Source of the DNA: Azonexus sp.
GTDB taxonomy: Bacteria; Pseudomonadota; Gammaproteobacteria; Burkholderiales; Rhodocyclaceae
Reading direction: 5' to 3'
Length of the DNA: 64,000 bases
Assembly (NCBI GenBank): GCA_030696345.1
Contig: JAUYSK010000024.1
Location: 239,566-303,565 of the forward strand
Both the position numbers and the translations under genes were made by a program. Positions within the stretch are counted from its first letter, which is position 1. Every line of letters begins with the position of its first letter. This document shows positions 59,031-64,000 of the stretch, in pieces. Below the pieces are notes generated by a model, which was given only the letters and a program-made list of their open reading frames with translations, made no database searches and was not told where the DNA came from.

Positions 59031-59927
59031 ATGACTACCAAACCAGTAAAAATTCAGACAGGGGAAAAAGATGATGTATCCATTACTGACGATCCAGAAA
59101 ACCAAAGATACATAGTTAATTTACCTAATTCATACGATGTCTATTGGGCATTTTCAAGCAAAGATGAAAAACATGCTTTTGCCAAACGAATAGAGCAATC
59201 CGATATCAAGCGTGCCGTATTTGAAATTCCGATTGAAAATATTTCAACGGATGAAAAAATCAAGAACATCAACTTCAAGATAAGTGCGGCAAGAGGCTCC
59301 GCGAAAGAAATCACAACAGAACGGGAATCTATGGAATCAGTGTTGTCCTTCAACCAGGTGCGCGATAACAAGACTATCGCCTTCATCTACAAAGCTCCCA
59401 CTAAAGGCTTTGCCGTAGGTGAAATTCTGCACAGCGGGAAGTATTTTGTGGCTCAGTCAGCAGGCGAGAACGACGAGAAAATTTTCATCCGTGTCATCCA
59501 CAGCACTAAGTTGCTGCAAGGAAAAGATGAATTCGCCAACCGTGAAGAAGTCCTAAAGCAGAAATTTCCAGTCGGTAGCCAGAAATATCTTCGCTATGAC
59601 GATAACGGCAGGATTACCGCGAAGGACTACCAACCAAAGCAACTAGCCACAACTGGTGTCCCAGAGCTCACCACTGATCAGCGCGAAGCATTGAAGACAT
59701 ATAGCGAGAAACACGGGCAGTCATGGAAGAGTAAGTTGCATGTGGCCTGGACCAGCGGCAGCTACAAGGGACTAGACACCCAGCAATCAGCATTGCTCCA
59801 ACAGGTTCGTAATCAATTCGGGCCAGAATGGCTAACCGACTTGAAAACTGACGACCTTTACCCTGAATCTGCTCAAAGACCTGCAACAACCAAGACCAAT
59901 CGAAAGTCACAGGGCCAATCAATATAA
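59031..59927 (+). CDS. KfrB-domain protein
   Basis: GEILHSGKYFVAQSAG..IH..L KfrB-like pattern plus a C-terminal WKSKL..W..LLQQVRNQFGPEWL domain. Confidence 0.6.
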   Translation: MTTKPVKIQTGEKDDVSITDDPENQRYIVNLPNSYDVYWAFSSKDEKHAFAKRIEQSDIKRAVFEIPIENISTDEKIKNINFKISAARGSAKEITTERESMESVLSFNQVRDNKTIAFIYKAPTKGFAVGEILHSGKYFVAQSAGENDEKIFIRVIHSTKLLQGKDEFANREEVLKQKFPVGSQKYLRYDDNGRITAKDYQPKQLATTGVPELTTDQREALKTYSEKHGQSWKSKLHVAWTSGSYKGLDTQQSALLQQVRNQFGPEWLTDLKTDDLYPESAQRPATTKTNRKSQGQSI

Positions 59928-59930
59928 AAC

Positions 59931-59948
59931 AAGCCCCGATAGGGGCTT
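59931..59948. terminator. Bidirectional terminator
   Basis: AAGCCCC-GATA-GGGGCTT between convergent genes. Confidence 0.7.
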
Positions 59949-59953
59949 TATTG

Positions 59954-61012
59954 TCACATGCTCATTGCCACCGATTTTTTGGCATTGGCAATCGCACCTT
60001 GAACTAGCTCTTGTGCTTGTTCAGCACGTAATTCCTGAGCCATCTTGTAAGCAGTCAGATGTTCCATCTGGAACTCTGTCGCCTTAGATGCCTGATTTGC
60101 TGCCTTCGTTATCAAGGTCTTGTCATCCTTCAACGCACCTAGCCAGGACTTAAGATATGCAGCGTGGTTCTCATGGCTAGAAGGGTTATGGGGGATGCCT
60201 AGCTCAATAGCCATAAATGAAGAAGTAAGTTCCGCAATCAATTCTTCCTTGGCATATTCGGACGTTCCAAAACCGTTACCCATTTTCCTGCCTAGCGCTG
60301 GACCGGTGCTGTGTCCAAATTCATGCAACAAGGTATCACTGTATGCGTCCGTGCTTTTGAACAAGCTTGGATCTGGCATGTGAACCAAATGCTTGGAGGA
60401 AGAATAGTAGGCACGAGACACACCTGAGTGCTCAACCTTCAAATCGGTTCTTTCCTGCAAAGCCTTAGAAAGAAGCTCAAGTTCATCAAGCGGCTTTACT
60501 TCTTTTGTTACTTCTATGTATGGTGGCATATTCTCAATAGATGAACAATTGAATACTGGATACCATTTGAATCCTATCTTTTGGCTACCATCATCATTGA
60601 GAACAGGCAATGCTTTACCTTGCTCACTCTTCATGATGTTACCTTCACTATCTTTCTGATAAGCAGGAACAACTTTCATAACGAAGGCCGCGCGACTTCC
60701 TTTGCGGATATGTAGCGGAGTGTCCAATATTCTTGACATTTCCTGCATTTGAACAAAAGTCATCCAGCGTGGATCACTGAACTCTTCAGCCATGAGAGCA
60801 GCCACATTGCCACCATGATACTTCTCACCAGTCAATGCATTCTTCGGCCACTCTTCACAACTGAAAAATGGCTTTTCCCACTTCAAACCGTTTTCTTCGC
60901 AAAGTATTGCATCTTCTATACGAGCAATAAACTTGTTAGTCAATTCTTGCTGATAGTCACGTTCTTCAGTTTTATCGTTTGATGTCTTTCCGTAATTTTT
61001 CTTGTAAGCCAT
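59954..61012 (-). CDS. ardC: ArdC-family ssDNA-binding antirestriction protein
   Basis: PKNALTGEKYHGGN, RWMTFVQ, VFN, LLHEFGHST, YAKEELIAE, HAAYLKSW. Confidence 0.9.
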   Translation of the reverse strand: MAYKKNYGKTSNDKTEERDYQQELTNKFIARIEDAILCEENGLKWEKPFFSCEEWPKNALTGEKYHGGNVAALMAEEFSDPRWMTFVQMQEMSRILDTPLHIRKGSRAAFVMKVVPAYQKDSEGNIMKSEQGKALPVLNDDGSQKIGFKWYPVFNCSSIENMPPYIEVTKEVKPLDELELLSKALQERTDLKVEHSGVSRAYYSSSKHLVHMPDPSLFKSTDAYSDTLLHEFGHSTGPALGRKMGNGFGTSEYAKEELIAELTSSFMAIELGIPHNPSSHENHAAYLKSWLGALKDDKTLITKAANQASKATEFQMEHLTAYKMAQELRAEQAQELVQGAIANAKKSVAMSM

Positions 61013-61088
61013 TTGAAACCTTATAGTTATTAGTAATAACTATAAGAAATTAAAAACAAAAGTCAAGCAAACCATTTGAAACAAGAAC

Positions 61089-62279
61089 CTAGACAAGCTC
61101 AAAAATACTTCTATCCTCCGTAACCTCACCACCAAGAGAAGCCCAAATTCTTTCACCAGTATCATTCTTTCTCAACTTCAGATAGTTCAATATTGTCTTG
61201 TGTTCAATATGCCCCGTAATCTTCATAATTGTTCCATCGGGCAAATCAGTGAACATAAAATAATGAGAAATACCTGTATGCCTGAAGATATGTGGTGAAA
61301 TATCTTTTACTTCAGCATTTTTGGCAACAACACGAAATACAGCATAAAAAGCACTTGTTGATTTCCAGAATGGAAATACCAAATCATCATCTTTAGCGTT
61401 GCCACGTCGAGGAATAATGTGCTCCTTTACCAACTTGTAAAAGTTTGGCTGAAGAGGAACAAACCTATCAAATACACTCTTCTTACTCCTAGTTTTCTGA
61501 TGCTCCTTTGGAATGAAAATATGTGAAGAACTGGGCAACTTTTCACTAAATACCAAATCTTTCCAACGACACTTTAGGGCTTCGCCCATTCGCATACAAC
61601 TATAGATTTGGAAGACAATCATTTCCTTTAGCACTTGTTGATTGACATAACTCTTATCAGTTGCTTTCAACAACCTTTGAATTTCATCATCTTCAAGCAT
61701 TCTATCTTTTGGATTGTCCCAAGCGCCTGGAGGCTGATTGTTATCAAAAGGACGTGTATCCATTTGATAATCATTTTGTTTAGCATGCCACTCCAAAGCG
61801 GTCTTAATGTGATAGTAGAGCTTTCTAACTGTTCCAGCAGAGTAAGTTTTTTGAACCCACTCACCATCTTTCAGAACTTTCCCACCATTGAATAGAGGAT
61901 GCTCTTTCTTCTTATTGGCTTGTGGTGGAATTGATTGACTCAGTTTCTTATCAAGGTATTTCCCAAAGGTCTTTGTGTTGAATTTCTCAAACACAACGCC
62001 ACCAATTTCCTTGATTAACCTTCTCATTCCTGCCTTTTTGGCTTCATTGATTTTTCCATCATCAATGTATTCTTGGAATATATCCTTGAGATACAACTTC
62101 CTAACCTTGTGAATATCAAGGTTCTCACCATTCAAGATTTGTGCTTCTTTTTGGATTATCCAGTTATCAGCTTTTTCCCTTGTATCAAAGGTGTCAGTGA
62201 GATTTACACCCTTCTTCCGAACCTTTGCCTGAAAGGATTTTTTTCCATCTTTACCAACTCTGTCGACGACTGACCCCAT
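61089..62279 (-). CDS. int: Tyrosine integrase
   Basis: Catalytic R (SCMRMGE), K, HIFRH, GH..Y; N-terminal arm-binding-like segment; adjacent to attR. Confidence 0.92.
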   Translation of the reverse strand: MGSVVDRVGKDGKKSFQAKVRKKGVNLTDTFDTREKADNWIIQKEAQILNGENLDIHKVRKLYLKDIFQEYIDDGKINEAKKAGMRRLIKEIGGVVFEKFNTKTFGKYLDKKLSQSIPPQANKKKEHPLFNGGKVLKDGEWVQKTYSAGTVRKLYYHIKTALEWHAKQNDYQMDTRPFDNNQPPGAWDNPKDRMLEDDEIQRLLKATDKSYVNQQVLKEMIVFQIYSCMRMGEALKCRWKDLVFSEKLPSSSHIFIPKEHQKTRSKKSVFDRFVPLQPNFYKLVKEHIIPRRGNAKDDDLVFPFWKSTSAFYAVFRVVAKNAEVKDISPHIFRHTGISHYFMFTDLPDGTIMKITGHIEHKTILNYLKLRKNDTGERIWASLGGEVTEDRSIFELV

Positions 62280-62300
62280 AATCTCGCCTAGTCCTTTCTT

Positions 62301-62378
62301 GTCCCGTATAATCCGATTGTCCCATTTTCGTCCCAAACGGTAAAATCTGGAACTTGAAAGCAGTATAACGTATTGATT
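62301..62378. promoter_or_regulatory. attR arm: GTCCCR repeats and IHF site
   Basis: GTCCCG at 62301, GTCCCA at 62319 and 62330. Minus-strand AATCAATACGTTA (62366-62378) is an exact IHF consensus. Confidence 0.7.
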
Positions 62379-62407
62379 TTACTAATTTAACAAGAAACTT
62401 CAGCGCC

Positions 62408-62454
62408 CCCCTCCTAAGGGCGAATTGGTGGTTCGATTCCACCTGGGGGTACCA
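62408..62454 (+). pseudogene. 3' half of host tRNA-Arg(CCU) (attR)
   Basis: CCCCTCCTAAG-GGCGAATTGGTGGTTCGATTCCACCTGGGGGTACCA: T-arm, acceptor 3' strand and CCA, with no D-arm upstream. Confidence 0.93.
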
Positions 62455-62497
62455 GTTAGTCTGTTCCGCAGCCCGCCCCCTCCGCCAGAATTTCCTC

Positions 62498-63274
62498 ATG
62501 AAAAAGTGCGCTACAACTCCCCGGCACGCCGTCGACATCAGCGAAGAAGCTGGCGTGAGGCAATTGCACTTTGGCTCGGACTGGGTGCAGGGCGCCATGC
62601 GCATTGCCCGTCCGTGGTCGCTGGAGCTGGCCTATACGCGGGAAATGATGGCGGGCTTGTTGCTGCGCCCGGAAAGTCGCTGGCCACGCCATGCCTTGTT
62701 GATCGGGCTTGGGGCCGGGTCGCTGGCTAAATTCATTTATCGCAACCTGCCTGATTGCCGGATCACCGTTGTTGAAATAAATCCGCAGGTTGAGTTCATC
62801 GCCCGCCAGTATTTCAAGCTACCCGATGACCCAAAACGACTCGACGTCGTGATCGGCTGTGGTGCCGACTACATGCTGAGTGGGGACCGCCAGTTCGATT
62901 ATCTTCTGGCCGATGGTTTCGACCCCGATGCCCGGGCCGGGGCGCTCGACACCCTGCCCTTTTACCAGGCTTGCCGCAGCCGCCTTAGCGAGCGTGGGCT
63001 ATTCTGCGCCAACCTGCTCGGCCGCAACAAAAGTTTCCAGGGCAGCGTCGACCGCATCAAGGCGGCCTTCGATAATCGGGTTGCGGTATTTCCGTCCTGC
63101 GACAGCGGCAACACCATTGCCTTTGCCACAGGCGGCGACGCCGTTGATGTCTCGCTCGAGGAAATGCGCCAGCATGCTGCCAGACTGAAGAAGGAAACCG
63201 GCCTCGACCTCGGGCCAATGATGGGCCGCCTGCAACTGGCGCAGCCCTTGCCGGATGGTCATCTGCTCATTTAG
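62498..63274 (+). CDS. Spermidine synthase-like SAM-dependent methyltransferase
   Basis: LHFGSDWVQGAM, LIGLGAGS, VVEINPQV, ADGFD. Confidence 0.85.
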   Translation: MKKCATTPRHAVDISEEAGVRQLHFGSDWVQGAMRIARPWSLELAYTREMMAGLLLRPESRWPRHALLIGLGAGSLAKFIYRNLPDCRITVVEINPQVEFIARQYFKLPDDPKRLDVVIGCGADYMLSGDRQFDYLLADGFDPDARAGALDTLPFYQACRSRLSERGLFCANLLGRNKSFQGSVDRIKAAFDNRVAVFPSCDSGNTIAFATGGDAVDVSLEEMRQHAARLKKETGLDLGPMMGRLQLAQPLPDGHLLI

Positions 63275-63421
63275 CAGACATTTTTGACCTTGCATCGCCA
63301 GCGCCTTGGGCTATAAATAAAGTAATCCTCCACCGACAATAACGACAAGGCGGATAGCACAAGGATAGCGCCTTGGCATTGTTGCCAGCGCTGATCATCT
63401 GGCCTACCTGAGGAGGAGACC

Positions 63422-63688
63422 ATGCTGTCCATACAAGATGTTATCGACTATTGCGATCTTGAGCGCGGCGAAATCGAGGCCATTGCCGAACACGAGCACA
63501 TCCCGGTAACCATCGCGGCCGAAATGAGCGAGTACTTGCTCGGCTCACCCGAAGGTGTTTATCGCCTGCATTCGATGATTATCGAAAACATGCAGCAAGC
63601 GCTTGACGCCGGGCATTACGAACATGTGCGGGATCTGGCTGAAACCTATCAGCATCTGCAACGGACGCACCCAATCCCGACTCACTGA
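63422..63688 (+). CDS. Hypothetical protein
   Basis: RBS GAGGAGGAG; DYCDL..EIEAIAEHEHIP. Confidence 0.75.
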   Translation: MLSIQDVIDYCDLERGEIEAIAEHEHIPVTIAAEMSEYLLGSPEGVYRLHSMIIENMQQALDAGHYEHVRDLAETYQHLQRTHPIPTH

Positions 63689-63804
63689 TTATTCCTCTCC
63701 CCTCGAGGAATTGCCGGCCCTGCGCCGGTTCGGGCCCCGGTTCCATGCCGGGGCCTCCCTTTTGAAAAAGGGTCGTTTTTTGCCGTTGACCGCAGCAACC
63801 GGCC

Positions 63805-64000
63805 TCAGTTGCTCCGGGGTTGGCCGAAACCATGTTCGACGGCATAGAGCGCCACCTGGACCCGGCTGCTCATGTGCAGCTTCTTGAAAATGTTCTGCAC
63901 GTGAATCTTGACCGTGCTCTCGGCCAAGTCAAGCTTGCGGGCAATTTCCTTGTTGCTCTCACCCAGCGCCAGCGAGGCAAGAATGTCGCGCTCGCGCGGT
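63805..64000 (-). CDS. NarL/LuxR-family response regulator, C-terminal part (5' end outside window)
   Basis: PRERDIL..GESNKEIARKLDLAESTVKIHVQNIFKKL..SRVQVALYA. Confidence 0.9.
   Translation of the reverse strand, partial: PRERDILASLALGESNKEIARKLDLAESTVKIHVQNIFKKLHMSSRVQVALYAVEHGFGQPRSN

Larger units (their letters stand above)
20605..62418. mobile_element. Integrative mobilizable genomic island (~41.8 kb) in tRNA-Arg(CCU)
   Basis: 11-bp direct repeats CCCCTCCTAAG at 20605-20615 and 62408-62418; terminal tyrosine integrase; relaxase, coupling protein and Rep; AT-richer backbone; matching IHF and arm motifs at both ends. Confidence 0.95.

Noticed and set aside
62380-62454. Complete tRNA-Arg at the right end (conventional restored gene)
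   Set aside because: There is no D-arm or acceptor 5' strand upstream of the core. Two extra C residues precede the core, and the upstream DNA is AT-rich att arm.
62251-62730. ORFs 62251-62604 (-) and 62425-62730 (+)
   Set aside because: They overlap attR, the tRNA 3' half and the methyltransferase gene, and have no recognisable motifs.

Overview
Betaproteobacterial chromosome segment (Rhodocyclales-like, inferred from gene content and order). Bases 1-20.6 kb are GC-rich host genes: a partial thiopurine methyltransferase, a sigma54/NifA-type nifV-cysE-orf-nifW-nifZ-nifM operon, tRNA-Ser(UGA), rlmD, bamC-dapA, tilS-accA, two HDOD proteins, uup and an MCP. Bases 20,605-62,418 are a ~41.8-kb, mostly AT-richer integrative mobilizable island bounded by the 11-bp direct repeat CCCCTCCTAAG. 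It encodes a tyrosine integrase, an SF3-helicase Rep, a MOBF relaxase and coupling protein (no mating-pore genes), ArdC, IHF-beta, a czcICBA/czcRS/cadA metal-resistance block and candidate defence modules. The main finding: the island inserted into the anticodon loop of the host tRNA-Arg(CCU) gene and did not rebuild it (5' half at 20,577-20,615, 3' half at 62,408-62,454). Instead it carries its own tRNA-Arg(CCU) transcription unit (20,844-21,139, minus strand). The anticodon loop of that copy, which is the sequence the integrase targets, is interrupted by a 221-nt group I intron. The replacement gene therefore lacks the att core as DNA but regains the tRNA after splicing. Host genes resume after 62.45 kb.
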